DNA from: Octopus bimaculoides
Lineage: Eukaryota
DNA: 64,000 bases
Assembly: GCF_001194135.2 (NCBI RefSeq)
Contig: NC_068984.1
Coordinates: forward strand, 29,927,285-29,991,284
Direction of reading: 5' to 3'
Within the stretch, counting starts at the first letter, position 1. Each line of letters begins with the position of its first letter. The notes under the pieces are model-generated. The model was given only the letters and a program-made list of their open reading frames with translations, had not been told where the DNA came from and did no database searches. Below are positions 38,476 to 53,527 of this stretch, one piece after another. The position numbers and the translations under genes are program-made.

Positions 38476-40859
38476 CAAACACTCTATTCCTCTCTCTCTC
38501 TTTCTCTTTATTTCTTTCCCCCGCTCGCTCTCTCTCTCTGTGAGAGTGTGATTGTGTGTGTATGTTTGTGTGTACTGTGCGTGTGTACATATATATGTTA
38601 TAAATACAAACGGCATAACTGAAAATATGTGCTACGTATTCACCATTAATTTTTAATTTATACTAATTAAATTGATACACGCTTTCTCAGTATCGGAATG
38701 GCTATCTAGTTTGGATTTGAACTAGTATCTCACTACACGCTAATGCAATAAATAATTTCCTATAAAACAAGGACGCTATATTTCATAGTTATAATCTATA
38801 TTCGTAATATTAATGTCGATACCAATGATATGATCAACATACATTTAAGAAATATGATCCTGATGACATTAGAATCGGAGTCAGATCTCATCAAAGGGTT
38901 TAATTTCTTGTAAAACTGACGCCAATTCATGTGCCTTACTTTTCACTCACGCTAAACTACAAAGTATGACATTTTTCACTGCCACGTCCAAAGGAAATCA
39001 TTATTTCAAGCGACGAAATATGACTACGTTTTCAAATTATCTTAGACTTTCAAAGTAAAAAACAGAAAACAACTCTACCCACTCTTTATTCTCCCTCAAA
39101 AAAAAAAGAACAAACAAGAATATGACTGAATAAGTGTATATATACCTGATGCAATTTCTTATGGTTTTCACCAGATTTTATTTCGATTTCGAAAATTATT
39201 AAATATATCCGATTTCAAGAAAGCTATTTTCCAAAACATTAAACACACATTTTCTCCTGCTTATATCTTTTTTTTTTTTTAAGAAAAATTTCCTTTGTAA
39301 TCTTGAACATAATTCTTCCTTGATATTTCACTTTCATATCGATAAATTCCAGTCGCATCTGTAGGAAGTTCATATTATATATAATGTTTAAGTCTACTCA
39401 TTTTTCCTTTATGTTGCTTTCCGATAAAAGCAAGAAGAATACAAGCCTCCACCACTATCACCCCAAAACCCACAGAAAATAGCATTCGCTTCACAGTGTG
39501 TAGACCCAATCAATCATCCTAAACTAATTAGCATATAGACTGATTTGAATAATTTTCAAAAAACAGTTTTGTAACGTATATTTATCTTCCTTTTTATTTT
39601 ATTATTTCATATCTTACCCCAATTCATATTGGTATTTTATTATCTTTATAGTTTTAATTTACTATTGTAGATATTCCTTTTTTCTTTTTTCCATCTGGTA
39701 AAACTTTTTTGTTTACATTTCAGCGAAAAATTCTTTTGTGAATATTTTGAAGTTATTCAGAGAAACGATTTTGTTCTTTTCTCTATATTTAAATTTCCTA
39801 TTAAAGCAGGCGTTGTGGGGAAGAGAGGCAACACTACCGGTCCTAGATACACACACACACACACACACACATACACACACACACACACACACAAACTTAT
39901 ACATACATACACACGCGCATGTATATATAATATATAGTAATTCATACTCGTATAGTGACTATATGTATGTATTTATGTGTATATATGTATGTGTGAATGT
40001 GAGAGTATCTTTGTGTATCCGTCGCGATTATGCATGTATGCACACTGTGATATAAAATGTATACAGACGAAATATATATTATTTTAATGGAACATTTGTA
40101 AAGGAAATAAATGAAAAAATATTTTTAAAAAATGCCGGTGAAAAAAGAACATAAGATAAAGAACGGCATGTTGAGCAACAGAGTAACAACTAGAAAAAAA
40201 TTCAAATAAAGTTATGTCTTTTGCATTATAAAGAAAAGCCTTTTTTCTGTTGATATCTGATATTTTTAGCAAACGTCAGATTATGTATTTTAACTGGTAA
40301 CGTTTTTAACTTATTTTATTGCATTAGCAAGCAATAAATCAATTTTCTCATAAAGCTGAATAAAATAAGTAAAGTATTGTTAAATTGAAAACTCAAATCT
40401 GTGGTAAACTTCCACGAGGGACCGCAAATTAGAAAGGCATTTAGTTAAGACATCTATCTTGAATATACTGAAGTATTTTGTACAAATTTTCTTGTTTGTT
40501 GCTTTAAGCAAAACAGTTCTCTGATGGTTTGTTTAGCGTTCGTCGTTAATATTTACAAAATAATGATTTGTTGAATAGACGCAATTTGAAGAAAGGTTAC
40601 TGTCAAATATGTCGGCTATAAAACTTGGCAGGTGTATTTTTTTATTGATTTCAGAAAGGTGAAGTGTAATGTTGTCTTATGTGGAATCGAAATTCCGATC
40701 TTAAACAGTCAGAACAAATGCCATTTTATCCGGCACTATAATCTGTCACCACATCATTTAGAAAATCCTTTCACTGACGAAACTATCAGATGTTGTTATA
40801 CACCGCTGGTCTCAATGCACTTCCCCACATTGTTGTAGCGTACGAATGGCTGGACGGTA

Positions 40860-41020
40860 AGCAGGCTAACATGCTTTCTGGAGAGGATGCCAATCCGTTA
40901 GACGGCTATCTGATTACTACTGAATGAACTGGATCAACGTAAAATCAAGTGTTTTGCTCAAGAACACAACTCACTCACCATCGGTCTCGGAATCGAAACC
41001 AGGATCCTACGATCAAATAG
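40860..41020 (-). mobile_element. tRNA-derived SINE (CORE-like segment), decayed
   Basis: Minus strand: B-box GGTTTCGATTCC, then GTGTTCTTGAGCAAAACACTT and GATTGGCATCCTCTCCAG. Confidence 0.7.
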
Positions 41021-44000
41021 CAAAAGTCCAACAAAATTTAGAAAATAACATTAGAAATAAGTCTATGATGTCTCTAATACTAATCACTTAACATATGACA
41101 TGAAGTAGATTCAATTACTGCATCCCTAAAACTGTTTTTGTGTGTTTGAAAGTAGAATTAGGAATGCATCAAGGTTCTCTGTGTCAACTGCGTAAAGAAG
41201 TAGTTTAATTCTTGTTTGGCTCACTTGAATAGCTTCTAAAATAATGGCATACAATGCATAATTCATTTGGAAAGCAAACTTAGTCATCAGATTAATGCTT
41301 AGTCTCAGGTGGACCGTGTTTAAAATGGTTAAGATGTTTTCCTGTGATTATCTTCCAATTTTCTTCAGCTATTATGTATATAAGACTAGATTATTTATTT
41401 TAAGATGTAAGATGGGATTTAAAGGATGTATGACTTCTACTCCTAGCAGCTTAAACGGCTTCTTTAATTTTCCCTAATTGGATCATGAGCAAACGTAATT
41501 CATTGACATAGTGTGAACATTTCCTTCATCAGATTCTGACTTTTATAGCAGAAAGTGAATTATTAATTAATGTCCTATGAATCCTAATGTGCATTGCATC
41601 AGTTCGACATAATCTTCTTCTCACATTGAAACATAGAATATTATCAAAGAGAAAATGTGTTTTGCACCACATTTCAATTGACAACAGTGACAACATCAGA
41701 GAAAATTCTTGTTAAATTTCCACCAGCAAACATATAGTATCGAGTTCAGCTGCGCAATAATATTATTGGAACCATGGAGCATTAATTCTGGAATATAATT
41801 GGCTTAATATACATACAACCACACATATTCATGCGCGCACGTTTGTAAGAAAATATGAAATGAAGGTTTTCTTTACATTAGCTACCTCACCCAAAATCTG
41901 AATATCTTAGTGTGACACAAATGAAATATTTCATTCAGTTTATACATTTTGATAAGGCATATCAATATTAACAAATACGATAGGCATCTCGAGAAAATTC
42001 AACGTAATATTTATATCATGTACATATTTTTTGCGGGGCGTCATTCAGAATAAGAACAAATTATTCAGGGTTAACATTGAAAATCTGCTATATTTCCTTT
42101 GTACCATCTTAATTTTCATGAGGAAGGAAATCTTTAGATCTGGTTGCGGTGAGTTATAATAAATACAGCTGGAAAGATTGCTAAACGAAAGAGAAAATAT
42201 GAGAAATAAATAATAGAATAAAAGAAATGCATTTTCTTTTCTTACAATCAAGTATGAATTATGTTTGCTCGAATTATTCTATTTTAGTTATCGGAAACAT
42301 GGAAACCGAGCGATAGATTTAGAAAAACATGATATTTGAAATATATCGACCACATTATCTAACAAAACTTGTTTCTTGGCTTAGATCATTTTTCTTATCT
42401 TAAATACCACCTATGTTTTCCGCACATTACACCTGTGGGAGAAATTTACTAGATTTACACTCATTGACAGTAGTTTATTAAGGACCGTGTGCTTGAATCA
42501 GAAGAGCAACAAAGAATGCAAAATAATCAATAATCGATAAATACTTAGGTTTGCAGCAGCATCAATCACTTGTTCCATTTCAAAGTTCTCGTTAGATCCC
42601 AGATGAAGACAAACCAGTCTATTGTTAATATGCCTTAACTATCAAATGATATCATTGAAAAGACATATTCTGAATATTGAATTTGAAACGTGCAAGATAA
42701 AGGTCTTGGTAAAATCTTATGCACCGTTCCAGGAAAATGTTGATGGCCATATGAATAAGGCATTAGTTTATTGGTCTTTGTTGCTCGATGGTGTCTTCTT
42801 CTCACTTCTGTTGCATTGCTAGCCTCAGTATTAGATCGCATATGTCACATTTCGGTTATTCAGCTGAAATTACATCACAAAAGGGTCAAATTTACACCAC
42901 ATCGAGAAAATGGTTTTGCGGATTATTTTGTGATATAATTCCACTGAGCTGAAGAGGTGTGATGAAAGTGGATCGGATACGAGGATTTTACGTGGTATTT
43001 GCAAGAAACCGCTGTATACAGTACACTTGCAAGCAATAGTCCGTCAATATATGATAGAATGAACTCAAGACCTATTGAAGCTTGTTTAATGTTTTACAGA
43101 CCTACATTTCTGAAAATGGTATAAAGTTATCCTGAATGAATTTCCAACGGCAATATCTGTCGTCAAGTTAACGGATTATTAAAAATGCACTTCAATATGC
43201 GATGAAATATGATCTTCCATCGGAAACTGTGTCCGCTTGCGAATGATTAACATTATGTCACGTATCAGTAACTAACGTGAGAAGGAATACAGCAACAAGT
43301 ACAAGAAGACCAGTAACTAATGTCGCGGTCATGAAATCAAAAGTATGCGGATTACTATTTTAAAGGCCAAGAAAATATACTCGTTCTGTAGTACCTGGAG
43401 CAATTTAAATTTATTTAGTTTTAAACAGTTTTTAGCACATTACAATAAGATTTTGTTTATCTCTGTACATACGCAGGTGAATATTTACGTACAGAGATAA
43501 GCATGCATTTATGGAACAAGACGGATTTAAAAATTTGAGGAAATAAACTAGACATACACCTATTTGCATTAACTAAGCAGAATTCGAATAAAAAAGAATC
43601 AGATTTTTGGAAAAGAACATTAGAAGATAGAGTGATGTTGAGAAAAGAGAAGAGAGTGAGAGGAAAAATCGAAGGACAAGATCTATTCATTACACATATA
43701 TAATTAAAGATATCAGTTGAATAACGAGGATTATTTTTGTAAGATGCATGTACTTTCCCCTCATTTTCTCCCATTATAAGATTTATGCGGCATTGATCCA
43801 TTATTGCCATTCAGTGCCAATAAAATATTGGACTAGTGTTTCTCACTGGAATATTGTCGCAGTTGGCGTTTCCACCTTTGTTCACTTTCTTAGACCACAA
43901 TCACTAAAAGAATTCGTTCGGGAATCTCAGCTATAGATGTATCGTTTCCAGCTGTAATAAATGACAGTTCTTTCCTTGGTTTCTTAAAGCATATCGTAAT

Positions 44001-44540
44001 GGAATCATAATTTTGGCTGAATTGAGCCATTGGCCAAGTTATTTCATCGTCTTCATAAGTAAAATCGAAAAGTGACACAAACGAGATTTATCTGGTGTTA
44101 TTCAGTTGCCATTAATGTGTTGTCTTACAGATTTTGATAAGAGCATTGGGAACCGACTGTTTACGAACGCAAAAATACATCTGGCCGTGGCCATATCCAC
44201 TTCCAATATCAGATCCACAACTGATCGTATATTTCTTACAAGAAATAGCTGTTTTGTGGCACTTCATATATTATAATCTTCTTCGGAAGAATACTTCAAG
44301 TTAATGTATACAAGTTAATGCCAAAAAAGTATCCCGGTTCCGTATCATAATGTAAATACTGAATTAAATTTAGGAGGGCTGGAAAAAATTCATCATCGTA
44401 GATTTTGAAGATGGTTCGTTGCGGTTTGATTACACAACTCTACGCGTCTAACCATGGTTAGGTACACTAAAACAAACGGGCTGTATAAGTTTCTTTTAAT
44501 TTTATTTATAAGTCCGTATGTATTTTCATGCGTAATATCC

Positions 44541-44592
44541 ATGTATGCATGTATGTATGTATGTATGTATGTATATATGTATGTATGTATGC

Positions 44593-44650
<58 letters not shown>
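44541..44650. repeat. (TATG)n-(TA)n microsatellite
   Basis: Direct runs. Confidence 0.96.
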
Positions 44651-44651
<1 letters not shown>

Positions 44652-47600
44652 AGGATAAGAATCGAGAAAATTGCATTTTTAGTTGATAGTTGATCAGTAC
44701 AGGATTAGACCAAATAATACCAACGGTCGTTTCTGCTGTCCCAGCATATTTTGATACAGAATATACCAGTCAAATTAATATTCCCGAAAATATATGTTGT
44801 TAACTCAAAGTTATCAAGGCAATCCAAGATAGGTTAAATTCAAAGTTATCAAACGAAGTATCTCTCGTAGACGAACGGATACAAAAAGAACATTAACATT
44901 AAATAGAATATTCTAAAGCAACTTTAGAACTTTACTTTTGGTGCCATCACTAAATAACGAAAGAAGCAAAAATAAACATAGGAATTCTACGTTACGAGAA
45001 TTAGAAACAGAAATTTTGCACCAGGGCAGTTAGTTATCCATCTTTATGTGCTAAATATTTTAAGGAGAATTATGCATATTATATTACATGAAATCATGCA
45101 TATTATATGAAAAGCAGTTAAAGAGTTATACATAATTGATATATTTAAATTGTGTTCTATATATGTGAGAGCATTTCAATGTAAAATTACCTTTACAATT
45201 CAATAATATTAATTTTGTAGTAAATATGTAATACATTTCCCCAGGGCAAAAAAAATCACATTTAAATCACCAGTATTGTACAAGAGCGCGTAACTAATTA
45301 TGGGCCATGTTAAATCATACTTAGTTTCCCTATCTTTTAACTCCTAAATGCATTTACTAAGATTTGTAGAATTACATTTTCTTCAATACTTGAACGAATG
45401 AGAATAATAATGTAATCTAGATTTCCAAACAAAGTTATGTAATGATACATACGATCTCTTGTTATGACCTCATATCGATAAACAATAATCTTCCTTAAAC
45501 AATGATTTTGTAAATGACAGATAATTTTGCTTTTGAACTTACAAAGATATGTATCCACTTGTATGTGGTACTCATAGTTAATAGAATTAGTACTAATCCT
45601 CCTCTCAGAAGTAGGTGCTAAGGCAAGATTTTTATCAGATTTCATGTTTTACAATGACATTTAGCCATACATTGCTTAAGAATTTGCTACCGTATATTCG
45701 AGCTTTCTGCGAAGAGGAGTCATTGAATGAAGCATTACGTTATCTGATATATTACATGCTACGTTATGAGATTTTTAAACACATCGCTCTGAATAAATAC
45801 CCACCACCCGTAAAACGCTAGAAAATCCAATTTGATTTGCTTTAAATCTAATTATTTTTTTTATTAAATATGCAGCTCTTTGGCAATATATCAACTACTA
45901 AGCCAAAGATTATATAATTTTGATTACAACTGGCTTGAATTAACAGTTTTTTCCTGGATTTGAATACTACACTCTATAACCAAAGTAGAATACCTAAAGA
46001 AAATACCTATTACAATGCGTTGATCTGACACAAGAAGTTATACTTGCAAGCTATAATAAAATATGACACCAGATAATTCAATGTTACAAGAGAACAAATA
46101 TTTATGACCAATTTAACAATATATAATGAATAATAGATGACAGTTCAGTATATATTCGTTGAAACTTTTCTACATCCAAACACAGTTGTCTCTTTTAAAG
46201 TTAGCAATTAGACAGAAGTATTTGCAATGGTGTAGTTTCACCATGTTTTTGAACTACACTCAAATGACTTACTGAGTGAAAAACAATATGGATGCAGAGA
46301 AATGTGAAAGCTGAATCCTGGTGTTTCAGAACGGACGCTTATGAAACGATTGGAATTGTATAGAAATAAGATTTAACTTGATTCAATTTGATTTATATGG
46401 AATTAGATACATAACACACAAATAATCTTATGTCTGTAGTTTTAACAGTGTTTTAGTGAAAGAAATGTAGATGATTTTCAGGAATTTACAAGACGGAAAA
46501 AAACCCATTTATCGTGCCATCTTGTATTTGATTTAGAAATAAATATTGGCTTCTATCACATTTAGAATTTAGCAAGAATCGGAATAGAATTAAGAGGAAA
46601 CTGGCAGTTTATCATCGAGCAGGCAAGAACGAGAAGTGACTTTTGGATCGAAGCAACATCAATCTAGAAATCTAGGTTTCAAATGGAAATAGCATTGGTG
46701 GCTTTATCACGATGCAACTTGAACAGAAACATTTAGAAAGGCATGTCACAGGAAATTTGATCGATTCTTAAATGCTATTTACAATTGTTTAGCGTTAGCG
46801 TTGGCGGGAAAGCTTTTGTGCCCTATTGGCTAATGTTAGTAGTTTTCGATTCAATAATGATCATGGACAACATAATTCGAAACCATTTTAGATTTTCTTC
46901 AGTGTGAGAGCTTCTAACCAGATATATAACTTTCATCTTCACCTAATCTAATATTATATATCAACAAATAAAACTAGTTGGTGTGAATATACGCAATACT
47001 AACTATATTTGACTTAACTTATCTTTTGACCGAAAGACTTTTCCAACTGGACTCTCCACTGGCCAGCTTTTAGAACTGTTAAATAATACTTTAAAATAAA
47101 TGATTGATTATCCACTCACCTACCAATCAGTAAGATCTACATTCCTTCTCTGTAGACTGGAGATCTGCGGATATCGTGATGAAAATATATTGTGGTCAGT
47201 TGACGCTTTATGAAAAAGAAAGTTACACTCAAGGTTCGAATGCAACTATATATTTCGTGATGTGAATGCTTCTTTTATATATTTCAATAATTTTGGTGTC
47301 GACTACATTGTGGTTCCATAAAGTATTGTATCACCACTAATGACTTCTTAAAAACAAAATAGATTGAAGTGATTTTCTCGTTACTTCTTTTTTCCTGTAA
47401 AAGGATTATATCGCATTATTACGAATTAATATAATATCTGTCAGATATATTATGGCTATTAAAATACAAATGTATTGTACAGTTGGGAAAGTTTTATACA
47501 ATAATGGGAAGTGTGGCGATATAAGAAGTAATCGATACTCTACAGCTTTCCGAACCAAAGGGGAAGATTCTTCGCAATCTATTCGCTCTGCTAGAAAGGG

Positions 47601-47909
47601 GAACCGCATCCACTTCACACCATATCCTATATATTGAATAGTTTTGCATAGGTTATAATCACAAGTAAGCTCAATCTACGCCGGACAATTTGAAGGGGAA
47701 CAAAACACAAACTAAGCAGCGTTTGAGTACACCCTAATCATAATTTTTTATATCTTTATTGACATCAACATCCACCGAATAACTAAACAAATGTGAGGTA
47801 TTTACAAAAACAACTGAATTTTTTATAACATTATACAAACAATTACTTGTAAAAACGTACATTGAAGTATGTTATTTCTTCATTCATGGACAATGCATGT
47901 CAGTTACTA

Positions 47910-48133
47910 TACGGCGGGATGCTGAAAAGTCCCAAGCTTTAAGGGTACCTCAAAAGTCGTAGTTAGGGGCTCAAGCTTCTGAGTTCTCTTACATGGCTTA
48001 GAAAAACGTAAGGGTGGCTTCAATAAGTGAATGAATCTGAAAGGAGAATATGTTGAATAAGATCATAATCAACTGATCCTCCTGTATTTTCTTTTACCTA
48101 AAGCCGGGAACTTTTCAGCACCCCTTCCCCGTA
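47910..48133 (+). mobile_element. Mariner-derived MITE (about 224 bp)
   Basis: TA-flanked TIRs CGGCGGGATGCTGAAAAGTCCCAAGCTTTAAGG and (revcomp) CGGGGAAGGGGTGCTGAAAAGTTCCCGGCTTTAGG; retains a transposase-like C-terminus (NLKGEYVE*). Confidence 0.85.
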
Positions 48134-50208
48134 TATTAGATATAAACTGATTCTTAAACAATAACTGTTCAACGTGCCATGTGTAATAGTTTATTCGGAA
48201 AATTCCAGAAAACATTAAGAAAATATCATTTGTTGGAGTAAATGTTGCTTTTATTTTATAACACAATTTTTGAGACTTTCGAAATGTGTTTCAACAGGGA
48301 CTTTTTTCTGATGCTCCTGCCTACTATCTCTGACATCCCTTCGTAATAGCTCAAAATGCCCTGAACGCTGATCTAACTGTTCAATGTTACCCTTTCAGAA
48401 AGAATAAGACTTCAAAGATTTTACTAGTTTAGCTTAGTTTCCTATTTTAACATGGTCACAAAATGTGCCCATATATGTAAAGCACAAACAGAATTTCCAC
48501 GAGATATTTCAATTCAGTCTTCAGAGTCAGCTAGCACGTAATAGGAATCTAAAATACCAACTCATTACTTGGATTCTTGCAAATATAATTCATTTTAACA
48601 TTTAAAATTCCGCATATTAATAAATAAAAATTTAATCTCGCATACATCACTGGTAAATACATTTAAATAATCAGAACATAGTTATCTTCAAATAAGCCAG
48701 AATTTTATTTACATGCTGACAAAATTACAGTTATTTAAACCATAGCAAAATGGTTAAAGAATTAAGGTACTTTTCACAGCATTGTTTAATTCACTTTGAA
48801 CAGTAATAAAATCGTAACAGTATTTGAAATTACATCTAGTAGTTCGATTAGTATAAATATTCGACTGAAGACGACGACGACGACGACAATACTGATAAAT
48901 ATCAATGATTATAAATTTTTAACAATTGTTTTAAAAGTATTTTTAGCTAAAGACAACTTTTAATATTTGCACTGTTATTATTTCGTCTAATCTCAAAATA
49001 ACTGCTACTTTATCAGATCGAAATGGAACACGCAGTGAAAGCGAAATGCAAATACAATCAAGTCGGTTGTTTTAGTTTCATCATCATTATGATTATCGTT
49101 TTATCATTATTGTTATTTTGATTGTCGTATTTCATGTAAATTATTGAGAAATTTGATAGTGCTGCATTTTAAATTATTTAACATATAGATAAAACTGGAT
49201 GAAATTTCCCAAGATACGAGACTACATTTTAGAAAACAGGCAGCTCTTATCGTTTATCGTATTGACATGTGAGTATATTAGACGTTCTTTAAAAATGGTA
49301 GTCTTATCATGTTACCAAGAAACATGTTCTGTATTGCGTCTCTACACAAACATATTCTCGATTCTCTATCAATATTTGCTACAATACTTCCCCTCTTCCT
49401 CTTAATTCTCCAAGCCGTCTTATTTCCACTTTTACATTTCACTTCTATCTTTTTTGCTGCTACTTTCCTCATCATAAGTCAGCTCACTCATACATTGTCA
49501 ATATTGTAGTCCCAGTAATTTGATTGTGTCTTAATCCTACACCTACACATACACAAAATACTCAGAATTACACTCCTATGCATTCATATTATATAAATGT
49601 TTACATATATAACCCTGTATAATCAGATACACATGAAAATGCACACATAACTACATACATCAAGCACATCCTTAAATCTGCTTATATGTGTGCGGATATG
49701 TATGTACATATGAAAAATATACATGTGATTTGCTGAACGTGTATCTGTGTAATATATACACTAGCATACGATAATCTAGATTTAAATACAATTGTGGCAT
49801 AAATTTCTTCCAGCGCGAATCTATAGTAATGTGTATCCAACGTTTGTTCAATAATTACAGATAGAAAATAATGTGTTTGAAATTCCTTGATGTAATCAAA
49901 GAATTTACTACACGAACAGTTTGTTATTTACTTCGCTTCTCAATACGTGATTTCATGTTATCCAATTCTGTTCCTACGTCAAGTTCTCCCTCTCGTCTTT
50001 CATTTAAACCCCACCAACACACTTGTATGCATAGACTGTTGTCTATTTGGAGAGGAATATAATGATAAAATTACTAATACAGTAGATTTAACCTGTTTTT
50101 CTCATAAACATCCTTTTAATTAACCTCTATTCTCAAGTAAAAATGATTCTAGACGAAAGGTAAAACAAGATAACGCAATGGTTTTATTTTCTTTATTTTC
50201 CTTCTTAG

Positions 50209-50390
50209 TGGATACAGAAAAGAAAAGAGTGTTGGAGAGACTAAATGTCCAGAAAACTCTTTCAGTAATTCAGGTTTCGAATATAAATGCTTCTTACAGT
50301 GCCATCCATACTGTCTACAACTAGTAGTGGAAGACAAATTAAATGCACAACACCAGAATATTTCAGTTTGGAGATTCCATTTCCTTTTCC
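50209..50390 (+). other. Candidate Cys-rich coding exon (unconfirmed)
   Basis: Long polypyrimidine acceptor ...ttttccttcttag, open frame GYRKEKSVGETKCPENSFSNSGFEYKCFLQCHPYC..., donor CC|gtaaga; no partner exon identified. Confidence 0.2.
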
Positions 50391-50422
50391 GTAAGAAATT
50401 TGTTAATAAGACATTAAATATA

Positions 50423-50765
50423 TGTGCAGTCGGTAAGAAGTTTGCTTCCAAACCACATGATTCCGGGTTCAATCTCACTGCGTGGCACCATAAATAATTG
50501 TCTTCTACTATAACTGCGGGCCGACCAAAGCTTTTTGAGTATATGTGGAAGACGGAAAATGAAAGATGCCCGCCGTATATCGTATATATATGTGTGCGTG
50601 TATGTGTGCTTGTCATTGTGTTTGTGTGTTTGTTAGCGTGCTTGTAGGTGTGTGTGGGTATGTTCATGTGTGTCTTTGTCTCCTCCTCCCCCACCGCTTG
50701 ATAACCACTGTTGGTGTGTTTACCTACCTGTAATTTAACAGTTCGGTAAAAGATAAAAGATAAAG
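50423..50765 (+). mobile_element. tRNA-derived SINE, family 2, older copy
   Basis: Colinear with 28914-29205, including the internal GT tract and 3' part. Confidence 0.88.
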
Positions 50766-50793
50766 CACACACGCGCACACACACATACACACA

Positions 50794-50833
<40 letters not shown>

Positions 50834-51696
50834 GTATATATTTATAAACAACTTAACTGCCCTCTTTCTTACTAAAATAGTCGTTCACTATATTTTCAAT
50901 CGATCAATCGAAATAGTAGAAAGTCTATAATACGCAGATAAATGTATAAGGCCCATTGTTTATGAGCATTATTATTTTTATATATTATCTGTGAAACCAT
51001 ACCGTATTTAGTTGGATANNNNNNNNNNNNNNNNNNNNNNNNNNNNNNNNNNNNNNNNNNNNNNNNNNNNNNNNNNNNNNNNNNNNNNNNNNNNNNNNNN
51101 NNNNNNNNNNNNNNNNNNNNNNNNNNNNNNNNNNNNNNNNNNNNNNNNNNNNNNNNNNNNNNNNNNNNNNNNNTATATATATATATATATATATATTTCA
51201 TTTTGGGATTTGGTTTGCAAGGTTCTTTATGTGAGTACGAATGTTGTGGCATATTTTGTTGTGTCTGAGTAGAGCCATTCTCTTTTAGCGCTTTATTGTT
51301 TAACACACTCGCCGGTAAAGTTTCCACTCATTTACTTAATTTTCCTCCAATTTTCATTGTCTTGCAACCATTTCATTAGTCCGTTATCCGAGCTGCGTTC
51401 GTTTTTTTTGTGTGCACATTTGAATGTGTCAGTGTGCGCGCATACACATGTATGTATGTATGTATGTATGTATGTATGTATGCATGTATGCATGTAAGTG
51501 TGTGTATGTATGTATTTACGTGTATACGTGCATATGTATATATATATATATATGTATGTAGGTTTGTATGTATGTATTCTGCATATTCACGTGTTTGCAT
51601 GTGTGTGTGGATGTACCTCTGTCTCCTTGTGTGTGCATGTCTGAGTGTGTCTCTGTGTGTGTGTATGGGTCTTTTTGACTATGTACTGTGTCTCTG

Positions 51697-52185
51697 TGAA
51701 GGTGCATGGCTCAGTGGATAAAGNNNNNNNNNNNNNNNNNNNNNNNNNNNNNNNNNNNNNNNNNNNNNNNNNNNNNNNNNNNNNNNNNNNNNNNNNNNNN
51801 NNNNNNNNNNNNNNNNNNNNNNNNNNNNNNNNNNNNNNNNNNNNNNNNNNNNNNNNNNNNNNNNNNNNNNNNNNNNNNNNNNNNNNNNNNNNNNNNNNNN
51901 NNNNNNNNNNNNNNNNNNNNNNNNNNNNNNNNNNNNNNNNNNNNNNNNNNNNNNNNNNNNNNNNNNNNNNNNNNNNNNNNNNNNNNNNNNNNNNNNNNNN
52001 NNNNNNNNNNNNNNNNNNGTTCACTCAGCTATAGAAATGAGTTGCGATGTCATAGGTGCCAAGCTGTATTGGCCTTTGCCTTTCCGTTGGATAACACTGG
52101 TGGCGTGGAAAGGGGAGGCCGATATGCATGGGCGACTCCTGGACTAGTGCCTGGAAGGATAACTTTCTAGGTGCAATTCCAAGGT
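51697..52185 (+). mobile_element. SINE family 3 spanning an assembly gap
   Basis: tRNA-like head GAAGGTGCATGGCTCAGTGGATAAAG before the gap; GC-rich body tcactcagct...gagttgcgatgtca...ctaggtgcaattcc after it. Confidence 0.6.
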
Positions 52186-52735
52186 GAGTCATGTGTCTAT
52201 ATGTATGGATGTGTATCAACACTGTATCTATATGTATGGATGTGTATCTCCATATGTGTGGATGTGTCTCCATATGTGTCCTTGTGTGAATGGAAGTGTG
52301 TGTGTATATGGTCATGTGTTTCAGTCTTCATTTGCGTATGTGTGTTTGTGTATGTGGACTTGTCTGTTCATATTACCAATGTACCTATCCGTCTGTATGT
52401 CTATTTGTTTACATTCATATCCATTTGTTTACATACATGTGCATATACATATACGTATACACACACACATGCATACATTTACATAACAGCCCACTAACTA
52501 TGCTATCTGTTAATAATTATATACTGTGGGTATGGGGGTATGATTCCCTACTACGTATGTTTCATATTTAGTACTGGGGATGTTTCATTTATGAAGACGT
52601 ACTCCTGTATTTATCTGAGGGGTGGGTCCTTTGGGTACTAGTTACTATTATATTCACACAGAATAAAAAAACAAATTCATAGAAAGAACATTCATTCTTT
52701 ATCTCGCTATCAACACTATATTTGTATATCGTGTG

Positions 52736-52790
<55 letters not shown>

Positions 52791-53490
52791 AAGCCAGTTT
52801 CAATATTAGGATACTAGACTGTCAAATGAGTCTACATAATTTGTACGTTATTTCACAATCTAAATACATGCTAAATCTAAAATTGATTCGGCATTTACAC
52901 ATTTTGGCAAATTTGGCAATGAAAATCTATAATCAAACAGCTAATATCAGAAAATTATATGCCACATAGATTGGACATGTCTACATGTGAATGTCTCTGC
53001 TGTGTCTTTTATAAACATATACTCAAGCTGATGTAATATACGCAAGCATACATACAAACATAATTATACATATATTCATGTACATGTATGTATATACATA
53101 AATATACATACATATAGACATATAGATAGTATGCATGTATGTTTATGCGTATATTCATGCAGTCAAAGATAAATCCAAGCTTATACTTCTACACAAATAT
53201 TCACACGTATGCACTCGCATATATATGCTTATATGCTATTGGGTTTGTTTTTCATGCTTTTCTAACATTGCAATGAGATTCTTCTTAAATACAAAATAAC
53301 ACTATATATGTAATAAAAAACCTAATTGACTAATTACCATCTTTCAGGTATTTTCTCACATCAACTAGCCTATTTGTCCCATTATTCTTTGTGATTTTGT
53401 TATCTATTTTTCAACACACACCTATATATATGTGCGTGTGTGTGTGCGTGCATATATAATATATATGTGTATAATATATACATATATACG

Positions 53491-53527
<37 letters not shown>

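Noticed and set aside
43890-44078. Protein-looking 62-aa ORF (FDFTYEDDEITWP...)
   Set aside because: No usable splice or start context and no recognisable domain
49241-49269. 29-nt microexon candidate ending in gtgagt
   Set aside because: Poor acceptor, no supporting context
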